From a virus (lineage: Duplodnaviria; Caudoviricetes): 64,000 nucleotides of DNA. Made by a program: the position numbers and the translations under genes. How positions within the stretch are numbered: position 1 is the first letter of the stretch; the number at the start of each line of letters is the position of its first letter. Under the pieces are notes generated by a model. It worked only from the letters and a program-made list of their open reading frames with translations. It ran no database searches and was not told the DNA's origin. The DNA lies in IMG/VR virus record IMGVR_UViG_3300042691_038938; one strand, written 5' to 3'. Positions 12,886 through 22,722 of the stretch are shown one piece after another.

Positions 12886-14043
12886 ATGTCAAACCAAGAC
12901 CCATTTAAAATTACCGGAAAATACAACACTTCCGTAAAACTAACAGACGATGACAAGAAGAGTGGAGTAAAAATATTTTGCCATGAACCGTATGCTCAAG
13001 AGCTATATGATGCAATGGTCAAGTATGAAAAATCAAACTCTAGAATTTCAAAGGACCTTCAAGAAGGAGCCGTCTGTAAAGTAATAGCAAAAACCATCTC
13101 ATACGACGATAAGACTATCTATGCAGAAGATATTTCTTCTAGCATGCCAGTCGCGATTCCATTTAGAGAATTCTCAAAGGACATGAGCGCTCTTGCAAAC
13201 GGAGAAGACCGTGAGTTTTTTGTGATGATTTACAAGTCTACAAAGTTTGGTGAAAACTTCGGGTCAGAGAAGAAAGCCCTTTCAATATCCTATAAGCAAG
13301 AGCTATTTGATCACTTGAATGAGGATCAGTGGTTTGACGTTACAATCACAAAGCTAATTAAAGGAGGATACCTTGCTCTCTACAAGAAAGAGATCGAATG
13401 TTTTATTCCAGGTTCACACGCAGCAGCCAATATCATTCATAACTTTAATGACATGCTGAATAAGACACTGACTGTCATGGTAGATAACTATGATCAAGCA
13501 AATGACCTATTCATCCTTTCATACAAGAAGTACGTCACTCAATCGATGCCTACTATGATTGAGAATCTAGAGTTCAATAGAGAATATACTGGTGTACTAA
13601 CCAGTAAACCTTATGACTTTGGAGTCTTTGTTGAGATTGACGGTTACTTCACAGGTCTTATACATCAGTCTGAATTTGAAGACTATGAGATCACTAAGAG
13701 AACCTTGAAAACGGGAGACACTCTTCCTGTTTACGTTAAAGATATCACTACAAAAGGTTCGCAGTTTAGAATCGTTCTTACTCTTAAGTCTGACAACGTT
13801 AATTCTGAAAAATTAGCTTGGCAGAACCTAAAAGAGAAGACTCAAAATAAGTGTTTCCCATACGACGTCAATTCTAAAAAGAATTCCATTTCTATTGAGA
13901 TTGACGGTGAAAACTTTGAAGTGTCTCTAAAGCGTAGAGACTTGGACAAGAACCTAAGTCGATACCCATTCGTTAAGGTTTCTAAGGTAGATTTGATCAA
14001 TAAGAGCCTAAAATTTGAGTTCGTTGAAGAATCTTCAAATTAA
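12886..14043 (+). CDS. Ribosomal protein bS1-like multi-S1-domain protein
   Basis: S1 repeats: ITKLIKGGYLA...CFIPGSH; YDFGVFVEIDGYFTGLIHQSE; own promoter at 12843-12868. Confidence 0.75.
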   Translation: MSNQDPFKITGKYNTSVKLTDDDKKSGVKIFCHEPYAQELYDAMVKYEKSNSRISKDLQEGAVCKVIAKTISYDDKTIYAEDISSSMPVAIPFREFSKDMSALANGEDREFFVMIYKSTKFGENFGSEKKALSISYKQELFDHLNEDQWFDVTITKLIKGGYLALYKKEIECFIPGSHAAANIIHNFNDMLNKTLTVMVDNYDQANDLFILSYKKYVTQSMPTMIENLEFNREYTGVLTSKPYDFGVFVEIDGYFTGLIHQSEFEDYEITKRTLKTGDTLPVYVKDITTKGSQFRIVLTLKSDNVNSEKLAWQNLKEKTQNKCFPYDVNSKKNSISIEIDGENFEVSLKRRDLDKNLSRYPFVKVSKVDLINKSLKFEFVEESSN

Positions 14044-14192
14044 TTTTACAAGGATGGCTCTCATCAATTCTTGACCTGATAAATAAATTAGAATCTTAAA
14101 CGATTTAATCTGGATTAAGCATACAAATAAAAAAATCTAACAATTAGCGATGCTGATAGTATAGCCTCGCTGTCTAAAAAAACAAGAAGAAA

Positions 14193-15200
14193 ATGGCAAA
14201 CTCACTCTTTACTGAACGCGTAGAATACAAACCATTCGAATACCCTATCTATTACACTGAAGGCTGGTTAAAGCAAGCTCAAGCCTTTTGGCTTCACACT
14301 GAGATCTCAATGCAGGGAGACATTAAGGACTGGAATGAGCACTTGAGTAAAGCTGAAAAGAATCTAGTAGGTAATATCCTTTTGGGGTTTGCTCAGACTG
14401 AGTGTGCAGTCTCAGACTATTGGACTGGAATGGTATCTAAGTGGTTTCCTAAGCATGAAATAAAGCAGATGGCCATGATCTTCGGTTCTCAAGAAACCAT
14501 ACACGCGACCGCTTATTCATATTTGAATGAATCACTAGGTTTGGAAGATTTTAAAGCATTTTTACATGAGCCAGCAATCGCTCAAAAATTTGAATACTTA
14601 CTAGAGACGAATTACGATTACTCATACACTGATCTTGCTGAATCATCAGATGCCCGTAGAGACGTTGCTCGCTCTCTTGCTATATTTTCCGCATTTGCTG
14701 AAGGAGTATCCCTCTACTCATCCTTTGCTGTTCTCTATTCTTTTCAAATGCGTAATCTCTTAAAAGGAATAGGCCAGCAAATGAAATGGTCAGTTCGCGA
14801 TGAGTCTTTACACTCTAAGATGGGATGTCAATTATTTAGACACATGTGCGAAGAATATCCAGAACTAAAAGAAGCGGTTCGATCTCAAGTTGAAGAGGCC
14901 GCTGCTATCATGGTAGAGATGGAGTTGACATTTATCGATAAGATGTTTGAGATGGGAGATCTTGAGAACCTAAAATCCAACGATCTTAAGGAATTCATCA
15001 AGAAGAGAGCTAATGAGAAACTTAATGAGTTAGGTTATGAGTCAATATTTAATTATGACGAATATCTAGCTTCTGAACTTGACTGGTTTTATCATCTTAC
15101 TGGAGGACACACTCACACAGATTTCTTTGCGATCCGACCTACTGATTATGCAAAGGCTGGCGAAAACGAAGATTGGGACGAAGACTCACTTTTTAGTTAA
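14193..15200 (+). CDS. nrdB: Ribonucleotide reductase class Ia beta subunit
   Basis: FWLHTEI, QETIHA, EGVSLYSSF, RDESLH di-iron ligands. Confidence 0.95.
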   Translation: MANSLFTERVEYKPFEYPIYYTEGWLKQAQAFWLHTEISMQGDIKDWNEHLSKAEKNLVGNILLGFAQTECAVSDYWTGMVSKWFPKHEIKQMAMIFGSQETIHATAYSYLNESLGLEDFKAFLHEPAIAQKFEYLLETNYDYSYTDLAESSDARRDVARSLAIFSAFAEGVSLYSSFAVLYSFQMRNLLKGIGQQMKWSVRDESLHSKMGCQLFRHMCEEYPELKEAVRSQVEEAAAIMVEMELTFIDKMFEMGDLENLKSNDLKEFIKKRANEKLNELGYESIFNYDEYLASELDWFYHLTGGHTHTDFFAIRPTDYAKAGENEDWDEDSLFS

Positions 15201-15409
15201 TGGAAAAATCAGTATTACAACTATGGGAAGAGTATTGCGAGTCGGCTCATGCCAAGAGCATAGATTCTCCCTACATCATCGTCAGTGAAGAGTTATCAAA
15301 AAAAATAAGAGAGATAAATGGAAGAATTAGAAAAAGAGATAGAAGTTTGCTTGGGAGTGGGCACAAATCAAATATTTCCCGAGATCATAAAGATCAAAGT
15401 ACCAATTAA
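15200..15409 (+). CDS. Small hypothetical protein (an overlapping 48-aa alternative at 15318..15464 is also plausible)
   Basis: Coupled to the nrdB stop; coding frame in its 3' half is uncertain. Confidence 0.35.
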   Translation: MEKSVLQLWEEYCESAHAKSIDSPYIIVSEELSKKIREINGRIRKRDRSLLGSGHKSNISRDHKDQSTN

Positions 15410-15466
15410 CTTTAATCCGGATCACGCTTGGGAAAGAGTAGAAGAAGAATCAAATAAACAATAAAA

Positions 15467-17272
15467 ATGGAAGAGACTGAAATAAATCACGGAGCAGAAC
15501 ATGGATGGGAAGTCGGAGTTCATTTTCCAGTATGGGCAAACACTGAAGTCTATGTCAAAACTGTATCTAAAGGCTACTTATTAGAGGGTGAAACACCAAA
15601 GGACTCTTATTGGAGAGTGGCAAGCGCAGTAGCTAAAAGACTTAAACGACCTGAACTTGCTTCTAAGTTCTTTGATTATATGTGGCGCGGCTGGCTAAAC
15701 TTAGCTACTCCAGTTTTTTCAAACACTGGAACTGAAAGAGGTTTACCTATTTCATGTTTTGGAATCGACGTTGCCGATTCTATCGCAGACATTGGAGGCA
15801 AAAACCTAGAGCTAATGCTCCTTGCTAAGCACGGCGGAGGAGTCGGAATTGGAATCAATCAAGTTCGACCTGCAGGTTCAACTATATCTCAAAACGGAAC
15901 TTCTGATGGAGTCGTTCCTTTTTGTAAGATCTATGATTCATCAGTCTTGGCTACCAATCAAGGAAATGTTCGTAGGGGAGCAGCGTCAGTAAACATAGAC
16001 ATTGAGCATGGAGACTTTTGGGACTGGCTAGAGATCAGGGAGCCTAAAGGAGAGATCAATCGCCAGTGTCTAAACTTACACCAATGTGTAGTAGTCTCAG
16101 ACGATTTCATGCAAAAACTAGAGCATGGCGACAAGGAAGCGCGTCGACGTTGGACTGCTGTGATCAGAAAAAGAAAGGCCACTGGCGAACCTTACATCAT
16201 GTACAAAGGAAACGTTAATCGTCAAAGTCCAGAAGCATACAAAAAGAACGGTCTTAAAGTGTATATGACCAATATTTGTTCGGAGATCACCTTGCATACT
16301 GATGAGAACCATTCATTCGTTTGCTGTCTTTCTTCGCTAAACCTTGCAAAATATGAGGAGTGGAAGGATACTGACTTGATCTATACTGCTACTTGGTTTT
16401 TGGATGGAGTCCTAGAAGAGTTTATTCATCGTTCTAAATACATGAGAGGTTTTGAAAACTCAGTACGTTCAGCAGAAAAGGGTAGAGCTTTAGGTTTGGG
16501 AGTATTGGGCTGGCACACTTATTTACAAAACAAAAATATTCCATTCGATTCCCTAACTGCTCAGTTTGAGACTCGAAAGATATTCTCACAACTTAAGATT
16601 GAGAGCGAGAGAGCGAGTCGAGACCTTGCTAAAGAGTTCGGCGAGCCGTTATGGTGTGTTGGTACTGGAATGAGAAACTCTCACCTTAGAGCCATTGCTC
16701 CTACTGTTTCTAACTCTAAATTAGCAGGAAATGTTTCAGCTGGAATTGAGCCATGGGCAGCAAACGTATTCACTGAACAGACAGCTAAAGGTACATTCAT
16801 TCGTAAAAATCCTTCGCTAGAGAAAGTACTAGACAAGATCGGTCATAATACTAAAGAGGTTTGGGATCAGATATTAGCAGACGGTGGATCAGTTCAAGGA
16901 CTCGATTTTATGGATAACTATCGAGTAAAATTAGGAGAAGTTAGCTTTCCTATAACTTTAACTAAGTGGTCAAAGCTTCCTGATGTAGAGCAAGCCAATT
17001 ATCTCCCTCTTAAGGAGGTTTACTTGACCTTCAAGGAGATAAATCAGTTAGAATTAGTAAGACAGGCTGGAGTTCGTCAACAGTACATCGATCAAGCAGT
17101 CTCTCTAAACCTGGCCTTTCCTAGTGAAGCTGAACCTAAGTTTATCAATCAAGTTCACCTAGAAGCCTATAATGCTGGAATCAAGACTTTATATTACATG
17201 AGAACTGAGTCTGTTTTAAGAGGAGACATCGCGACTAGGGCAATGACAGATTGCCTAGCATGCGACGGATAA
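15467..17272 (+). CDS. nrdA: Ribonucleotide reductase class Ia alpha subunit (no ATP-cone)
   Basis: LATPVFSN, PISCF, GGGVG, TNICSEI, CCLSSLN, IAPTVS, KTLYY, C-terminal CLAC. Confidence 0.95.
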   Translation: MEETEINHGAEHGWEVGVHFPVWANTEVYVKTVSKGYLLEGETPKDSYWRVASAVAKRLKRPELASKFFDYMWRGWLNLATPVFSNTGTERGLPISCFGIDVADSIADIGGKNLELMLLAKHGGGVGIGINQVRPAGSTISQNGTSDGVVPFCKIYDSSVLATNQGNVRRGAASVNIDIEHGDFWDWLEIREPKGEINRQCLNLHQCVVVSDDFMQKLEHGDKEARRRWTAVIRKRKATGEPYIMYKGNVNRQSPEAYKKNGLKVYMTNICSEITLHTDENHSFVCCLSSLNLAKYEEWKDTDLIYTATWFLDGVLEEFIHRSKYMRGFENSVRSAEKGRALGLGVLGWHTYLQNKNIPFDSLTAQFETRKIFSQLKIESERASRDLAKEFGEPLWCVGTGMRNSHLRAIAPTVSNSKLAGNVSAGIEPWAANVFTEQTAKGTFIRKNPSLEKVLDKIGHNTKEVWDQILADGGSVQGLDFMDNYRVKLGEVSFPITLTKWSKLPDVEQANYLPLKEVYLTFKEINQLELVRQAGVRQQYIDQAVSLNLAFPSEAEPKFINQVHLEAYNAGIKTLYYMRTESVLRGDIATRAMTDCLACDG

Positions 17273-17282
17273 ATAAAGATAT

Positions 17283-17507
17283 ATGAAATACATCATGACA
17301 TACACAGAATTATTTGAAGACGTTAGAAAGGTCGGAAACAGATATTGTGTGTATATCGATGATAAGGTATTAAAAAAGAACAAGAAGCCTGGTGAGAGAC
17401 TTGGAGCTACTCGTAAGACCAAATCTGGAAAGATTAAAATGAAGAGTGCTGCATGTCATCCGACTCGTAAAAAAGCCAATAATCACATGGCAGCCGTAAT
17501 GCAATAA
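17283..17507 (+). CDS. Small basic late protein, putative internal head protein
   Basis: ATAAATA at 17269-17275; N-terminus MKYIMTYTELFE. Confidence 0.55.
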   Translation: MKYIMTYTELFEDVRKVGNRYCVYIDDKVLKKNKKPGERLGATRKTKSGKIKMKSAACHPTRKKANNHMAAVMQ

Positions 17508-17510
17508 GAT

Positions 17511-17930
17511 ATGATACTAAATGACTTTAACCAATTCGTAAATGAGGCCAACTCAGCCGACTCTTGTCCAAGAGCAGCAAAAGATTTAAAGCTAAATACT
17601 AAAAATCGTAATCATGCGATCAAAGCTGAACACATCGAGTACGGTCCACTAAACCTTTCTGATGAGGGATATTGGGAGCACATCGCTGAACACTGGAAGA
17701 CCACAGTAAAAGTTGCTAAGAAATCAACTTGTGGAAATTGTGCCGCCTTTGACGTCTCACCTAGAATGGATAAATGTATGCCTGGAAAGCTAGAAGATAA
17801 AGACGGTAGGCTTGGGTATTGTTGGATGCATGACTTCAAATGTCACTCAGCTAGAACCTGTTATACTTGGGCGGCAGGCGGGCCAATCAAAAAAGATTCT
17901 ACTTCCTTAAGCTGGCAGAAGAAAAAATAA
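17511..17930 (+). CDS. Cys/His-rich putative metal-binding late protein
   Basis: MILNDFNQFVNEA tag; CGNC...GYCWMHDFKCHSARTCYTW. Confidence 0.6.
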   Translation: MILNDFNQFVNEANSADSCPRAAKDLKLNTKNRNHAIKAEHIEYGPLNLSDEGYWEHIAEHWKTTVKVAKKSTCGNCAAFDVSPRMDKCMPGKLEDKDGRLGYCWMHDFKCHSARTCYTWAAGGPIKKDSTSLSWQKKK

Positions 17931-17951
17931 AAGAGACCTACTCTTAATTAC

Positions 17952-17978
17952 GAGCAATAGGAAACTATTGCTCTTTTT
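17952..17978 (+). terminator. Intrinsic terminator
   Basis: GAGCAATAG-GAAA-CTATTGCTC-TTTTT. Confidence 0.8.
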
Positions 17979-18008
17979 ATTTAGATAAATAATAAAAAAT
18001 CCATTTTC

Positions 18009-18278
18009 ATGCTGAATAATTTCAACCAGTTCATAAACGAAAGCAAAGAGGATGAATTTAATTCCATAGTAAAAGGTGATATCGTATTACATAGAGGACA
18101 CCGATGTAAAGTTTTATCCGTCATGAAAGACAAAGAAGGAATCGTTTATTCTATTAAAATAGATCCTATTGAAAGGAAGGAAGCTTCAAAATTTGATAGA
18201 TCATTAAATCTTTCTCAATTTAAACAACAGGTATCTGGAGTAATTAAAAAAGAAAAAACTGAGGAAGATGAGGACTAA
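18009..18278 (+). CDS. Hypothetical late protein (SH3/KOW-like), putative internal head protein
   Basis: ATAAATA at 17985-17991; MLNNFNQFINES tag; KGDIVLHRG..CKVLSV. Confidence 0.55.
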   Translation: MLNNFNQFINESKEDEFNSIVKGDIVLHRGHRCKVLSVMKDKEGIVYSIKIDPIERKEASKFDRSLNLSQFKQQVSGVIKKEKTEEDED

Positions 18279-18765
18279 GCACATCAAGCAATATTATGAC
18301 TTTCTCTTAGAACAAGACATGATGGCTGGCGTTCCGGGTGCTCCAGGAGGAGCCCCTGCTCCTAAGCTTGAGAAGTATAAATTCATTTTTCTAGTAAAAC
18401 CTGAAGATCCTTCAGTTCCAAGCAGAAAATATCCAGATGGAAGCATTATAGCAAAATACCCATGTTACTCCATAACTCTTCCTGACTTGGAAAAATGGGT
18501 TAATTCTAATGTGATTTCAACCGATAAATTAGAACTTAATCCTTCCGAATTAGAACTAAAAAGAAAGAACATAGTACAGATAGTAAAAGGAGATAAAACG
18601 AACGTGACAAAAGACGATAAGTCATTTATTGAAAAGCTTAAAAACTCAATAGCTAGTGATATAATAGGAAAGAGAGAAGTAGATATTGAAGTTGTCTATG
18701 CAACTGATCGTAATCCGACTACTGAACACATTGATGTTACTTTCATAAAACTTCCAGAAAAATGA
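18268..18765 (+). CDS. Hypothetical late protein, putative internal head protein
   Basis: HIKQYYDFLLEQ N-terminal tag. Confidence 0.55.
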   Translation: MRTKHIKQYYDFLLEQDMMAGVPGAPGGAPAPKLEKYKFIFLVKPEDPSVPSRKYPDGSIIAKYPCYSITLPDLEKWVNSNVISTDKLELNPSELELKRKNIVQIVKGDKTNVTKDDKSFIEKLKNSIASDIIGKREVDIEVVYATDRNPTTEHIDVTFIKLPEK

Positions 18766-19511
18766 TAAAATCGTTCTTAGAATTTATAAATGAAAGCATG
18801 GAAAACAACGTAGAGTTTCTTAAAAAGCTTACTATCGACATCATAGCAAAGCTTAGGGAATCTTCTAAGGAAGAAAGTTCCAGCTATGCGACATTCTCTG
18901 GGATGGAATTCACGGAACCGTTCATGTTTGATCTCATATTAAAGGTTCGTAGAGAAACTGATCCTGATCTTAGACGAGACCCTCACTTCAATGATCTTTC
19001 TTGGGAAAAATTAAATTATGACAACCTTGGATATTCAATAGATGCGAATACTCGAATGAGTAAATCAAAAGCGGCTGTGCCAAAGATAACAATGCACTTA
19101 ATCTTAAATCCAAAAAAGGAGCCAATCCTTTATGAAAAGCTCTACGCTAGGCTATTAGATATTTTAGTGCATGAGACGAATCACCTAGACCAGTTAGGAA
19201 TAAACCGTGATCCATTCAACGTAAAAGTCTCAGATCCAAGAGAAAGAGCAAAGGCTAAAAAGAGCCACAAATACTTTCTTTTATCTGATGAAGTTGAATC
19301 CATGATAGAGGGAATGTACGTTAGATCAAAGGAACAGAGAATTCCACTAGATAAAGTCTTTCTAGAATATTTAACTCCTTTTCTTGAGACTAGATACATC
19401 AGTAGTTCAGAATTTCAAAAAGTAATGTTCACATGGATAACCAGATCCTTAGAGCTTTATCCTGATGCTGAATTTTCACCCTCTGCTAAAAAAATAATAG
19501 ACTCAATCTAA
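18762..19511 (+). CDS. Putative zincin metallopeptidase-like protein, putative internal head protein
   Basis: MIKSFLEFINES tag; ILVHETNH (HExxH) with downstream DEVES. Confidence 0.55.
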   Translation: MIKSFLEFINESMENNVEFLKKLTIDIIAKLRESSKEESSSYATFSGMEFTEPFMFDLILKVRRETDPDLRRDPHFNDLSWEKLNYDNLGYSIDANTRMSKSKAAVPKITMHLILNPKKEPILYEKLYARLLDILVHETNHLDQLGINRDPFNVKVSDPRERAKAKKSHKYFLLSDEVESMIEGMYVRSKEQRIPLDKVFLEYLTPFLETRYISSSEFQKVMFTWITRSLELYPDAEFSPSAKKIIDSI

Positions 19512-19557
19512 AACTTTTATCTAATTCTTAGTAGAAGATTAGAAAAATTTTAGAATA

Positions 19558-19836
19558 ATGAATCAATTCGAAGAACTTAAAGCAGAGATTGCTGCCGCTC
19601 AAGAGGCAATTTTTGGACCTCTTAACTCGCTGATTACTGCAGCGGAAGACGACGCTTCAAAATACTATGATAAAGGCGTAAAAAGTGCTGGTAACAGACT
19701 AAAGAAAAAAATGCAAGAGATTCGTAAGGTGATCAAGCATCCAGTGACTAAGGCTCACATGACAAAAATCCAAAACATGGCAAAGGACGCTCGTCAAGCT
19801 CTTACTGATGAGATTTCAGCTAAAGCTACCGCTTAA
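19558..19836 (+). CDS. Histone H1-like Hc1-family nucleoid protein
   Basis: AAEDDASKYYDKGVKSAGNRLKKKMQEI matches the Hc1 core seen in Bacteroidota; own promoter and terminator. Confidence 0.7.
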   Translation: MNQFEELKAEIAAAQEAIFGPLNSLITAAEDDASKYYDKGVKSAGNRLKKKMQEIRKVIKHPVTKAHMTKIQNMAKDARQALTDEISAKATA

Positions 19837-19856
19837 TTAAACTTATAATTCATTTG

Positions 19857-19886
19857 AAAAATGCCTCTTTTTGAGGCATTTTTTTT
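19857..19886 (+). terminator. Intrinsic terminator
   Basis: AAAATGCCTC-TTTTT-GAGGCATTTT plus T-run. Confidence 0.85.
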
Positions 19887-19895
19887 GTTTTCTAA

Positions 19896-19922
19896 AAACT
19901 TTTAACTTTAAAGAAGTATAAT
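19896..19922 (+). promoter_or_regulatory. Putative early/middle promoter AAAC-N16/17-GTATAA (representative)
   Basis: Related motifs at ~6705, 12843, 19511, 31377, 38009, 61462 (plus strand) and ~6650-6677, ~61483-61508 (minus strand). Confidence 0.6.
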
Positions 19923-19945
19923 ATTATAAAAAATAACTATTTATT

Positions 19946-20956
19946 ATGACAGATTTTTTCGATTTACCGGAAGATGGTTTTTCAAAACAAAAATCATCCT
20001 CCTTAGGTAAAAAAGTGGATCCAAACGTTTACGATCCAGATCCTAATGCTTACAACGGTTCTTACAAATCGGTTTTTCGATTTATTCCGTATGTGTTCGA
20101 TAAGAGCAAGAGCAAGTACATCAAGTACACAGCAAAATTTTGGAATCCTCTAACTAAGGAATCTCTTTTTGTTGATTGTCCATCAAATGTTGAAAAACCT
20201 TCGATTCTTTGGACGATCGAATCTACATTAAGAGGTCTTAGGAAAGAAGAACCTGAATTAGTTGGTGAAATTGATAAGCAATTCTCTCGATGGAGCACAT
20301 ATCATTCAGCCGTTTACATTAAGAAGGATCCACAACGTCCTGACTTAGAAGGATCAATCAAGATCTTTAAGTTTAGAAATCAGATTGACATGTTGATTGA
20401 TCAACTTGTAAATCCTGAAGAGGTTGATGGAATCTCTCTAAGTAAAAAAGTCAATCCTTATCACCTATTAGAAGGAAAAGATTTCCTATGTGTAGTAGGT
20501 AAGAAGACTCAGCAATTTAGAGACTGGTCAAAATGTAAGTTTATGGATGAAGTAACTCCTTTAATCTTTAAGATTGGCGACACACAAGTAGCCGTTGAGA
20601 ACAGTGAAAAATCAGTAAAACTTGTGAATGAGTTCTTGACTAAGAACACTCCAAAAATGGATGAGTATTATCATCAAGAGTGGACTGATGATACTTTTAA
20701 TAAAGTTGCTGAAGCAATCGTTGCTGCAATTCCTCAAAAGGAAATCTTAGAGATGATCTTAGGTCGAAGCAAAGACACTCGAATGAATGAGCTTGTTCGT
20801 GCTAGAATGGGAGGAGCTTCAAGAGCGGCTAGACCTGCTCAAAAAGTTGATGAGGATCTAGAATTCACATCATCTAAAACAGCAAGTGAGCCAGTTACTG
20901 AATCTACTTCTTCTGACTCAGATGATGAATACGATTCACTATTTTCTGATCTATAA
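19946..20956 (+). CDS. T4 gp32-like single-stranded DNA-binding protein
   Basis: SVFRFIP, VDCPS, IYIKKDP...IKIFKF, LEGKDF, DWSKCKF; acidic C-tail DDEYDSLFSDL. Confidence 0.8.
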   Translation: MTDFFDLPEDGFSKQKSSSLGKKVDPNVYDPDPNAYNGSYKSVFRFIPYVFDKSKSKYIKYTAKFWNPLTKESLFVDCPSNVEKPSILWTIESTLRGLRKEEPELVGEIDKQFSRWSTYHSAVYIKKDPQRPDLEGSIKIFKFRNQIDMLIDQLVNPEEVDGISLSKKVNPYHLLEGKDFLCVVGKKTQQFRDWSKCKFMDEVTPLIFKIGDTQVAVENSEKSVKLVNEFLTKNTPKMDEYYHQEWTDDTFNKVAEAIVAAIPQKEILEMILGRSKDTRMNELVRARMGGASRAARPAQKVDEDLEFTSSKTASEPVTESTSSDSDDEYDSLFSDL

Positions 20957-20970
20957 AAAAATAAAGTAAT

Positions 20971-21249
20971 ATGGAAAACAACGAATCTGAAGTATCAGTA
21001 GAAAAAAACGACGTGTCTGCTGAGAATCCAAAAAATGTTCTTTTTGGAACTATAACGTATGCTGATGACGATGCATATGAGAACTTTATTGCTAACTTGG
21101 ACATAAATCAATCAATATTCATCCTAGTCGCTTCTGCTAATTTTGCACAAGCTAAAGGAGCTTTCAATATTCTTGAATCAGAAGTCCTATCGTCAGCAAT
21201 AAGAGTCATTAGAAAAAACTCTAAGCCTTCTCAAAAAGACGGCGAATAA
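20971..21249 (+). CDS. Hypothetical protein
   Basis: 92-aa ORF in the replication operon. Confidence 0.6.
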   Translation: MENNESEVSVEKNDVSAENPKNVLFGTITYADDDAYENFIANLDINQSIFILVASANFAQAKGAFNILESEVLSSAIRVIRKNSKPSQKDGE

Positions 21250-21258
21250 AACAACGGT

Positions 21259-22398
21259 ATGGACTTAATAATAGATGGAAATGCCTTTATCAACATTGCG
21301 ATAAGTGTCACCAAGTCTCTTTCTCAAAAGGATAAGAGAGTGGGTGAAGCTTATTACGTTAATGATCTGTTCAGCGACGGCGGATTCATCTTAAAGGATC
21401 AAGTTAAAGTAGCTTTTAAGAATTTTTGTTTTACTTACTTGAATTCTCTGATTGCGCCAATCTCATCAAGTCCAGAAAAGATACACATCGTCTTTGATTC
21501 TACGAGTTGGAGAAAAGATTACACTGATCGATTCTTCAGAAATTCTGAATTCAAGACTAGCTCAGCACCAACTGAATTTAAGTATAAGGGTAATCGCAAA
21601 TATGATGACCACCAATACTTATTCTTTGACTATTTTCAACAAGTGATCATGTCAGCTCTAACTCAAAGGGCTGGCATAAATCACTACAAATTCAAAGGCA
21701 CTGAAGGTGATGACATAATAGCTTACTTGTGTGACGTTATTGAGGGTGATATCCTGATCTACTCAGTCGATCAGGATCTAAAACAATTGACTGGGCACTC
21801 TAAAAAGAATGTCCTATTGATAACTCCAAAACAAATGGCCAAGACCAAGAGACTCTTTGTACCTGCTCAATTGGTTCCAACCGCCGCCGATGACGAAGTA
21901 GATAATTTCTTTTCTTTGAATGATGTTCACATAACTGGAGCAACCATTGAAAAGACTATATCTAATCTCACAAGTAAAGATTATGTAGAGCATAAAGTAG
22001 ACTTCGTGGATGATATCTTAAGCAAGATCCTTTTAGGAGACAAGTCGGATAACATTCCAAAGATCACAAATATTTCTCCATCTAAAGCAAAAAAAGTAAT
22101 ATCTTCGATTCAGGAAAGATTTGGAGAAAATCTTATCGAGCAATTAGATGATCTAAATGAGGAACTGATCTTAGGAATAGTGAATGAGATCAAGATAGTA
22201 AATAAGATAAAGGACCAGGATAAATTAGATGAGGTTAGAGAGCATCTTCTCTTTAATACTAAGCTAATACGTCTTTCAGTTAAAGTGTTTCCTAAGGAAA
22301 TCAGAGATCTCCTAGATGAATTCTTTAGCACATACGAAAGCACAACCTTTAATCAAAAAGAATTTAACAATTTAAAAAATAACTTATCGCTCTTATGA
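21259..22398 (+). CDS. T4 RNase H-like 5'-3' exonuclease/flap endonuclease
   Basis: LIIDGN, IVFD..SWRK, YKGNR, EGDDIIA, SVDQDLKQL, LGDKSDNIP. Confidence 0.9.
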   Translation: MDLIIDGNAFINIAISVTKSLSQKDKRVGEAYYVNDLFSDGGFILKDQVKVAFKNFCFTYLNSLIAPISSSPEKIHIVFDSTSWRKDYTDRFFRNSEFKTSSAPTEFKYKGNRKYDDHQYLFFDYFQQVIMSALTQRAGINHYKFKGTEGDDIIAYLCDVIEGDILIYSVDQDLKQLTGHSKKNVLLITPKQMAKTKRLFVPAQLVPTAADDEVDNFFSLNDVHITGATIEKTISNLTSKDYVEHKVDFVDDILSKILLGDKSDNIPKITNISPSKAKKVISSIQERFGENLIEQLDDLNEELILGIVNEIKIVNKIKDQDKLDEVREHLLFNTKLIRLSVKVFPKEIRDLLDEFFSTYESTTFNQKEFNNLKNNLSLL

Positions 22399-22694
22399 AG
22401 CCATTATATGAAAGAATTCTGGTAAAACCCAGAGAAAAAGAGATCAGAACTAAGCAAGGAATACTTCTTCCTGAAAAAGCCGTAAAGAAACCAAATATCG
22501 GTGTTGTTATCTCATGCGGAGACGGAACTCCTAATAATCCAATGAAAGTTTCTCCAGGAGACAAAGTTCTATTCAATCGATATGCTGGAGTAGAATTAAA
22601 CTTTAGAGGAGAAAAACACTATGTGATACTCTCAAATGAAGTAATTGGAGTCTTAGAAGACTTTGATGATATCTCTTTAGAGGATTTTGAATAA
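22395..22694 (+). CDS. groES: Co-chaperonin GroES
   Basis: KPLYERILVK, GILLPE, GDKVLFNRYAGVE motifs. Confidence 0.93.
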   Translation: MKPLYERILVKPREKEIRTKQGILLPEKAVKKPNIGVVISCGDGTPNNPMKVSPGDKVLFNRYAGVELNFRGEKHYVILSNEVIGVLEDFDDISLEDFE

Positions 22695-22722
22695 AAAAAA
22701 GGAGCTTTAAAGCTCCTTTTTT
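22693..22722. terminator. Bidirectional terminator between convergent genes
   Basis: A8-GGAGC-TTTAAA-GCTCC-T6. Confidence 0.85.

Noticed and set aside
14100-14192. Hairpins upstream of nrdB as a riboswitch or NrdR box
   Set aside because: Only a short AGCGA/TCGCT stem and a TTAATC/GATTAA palindrome; no recognisable aptamer or NrdR consensus.
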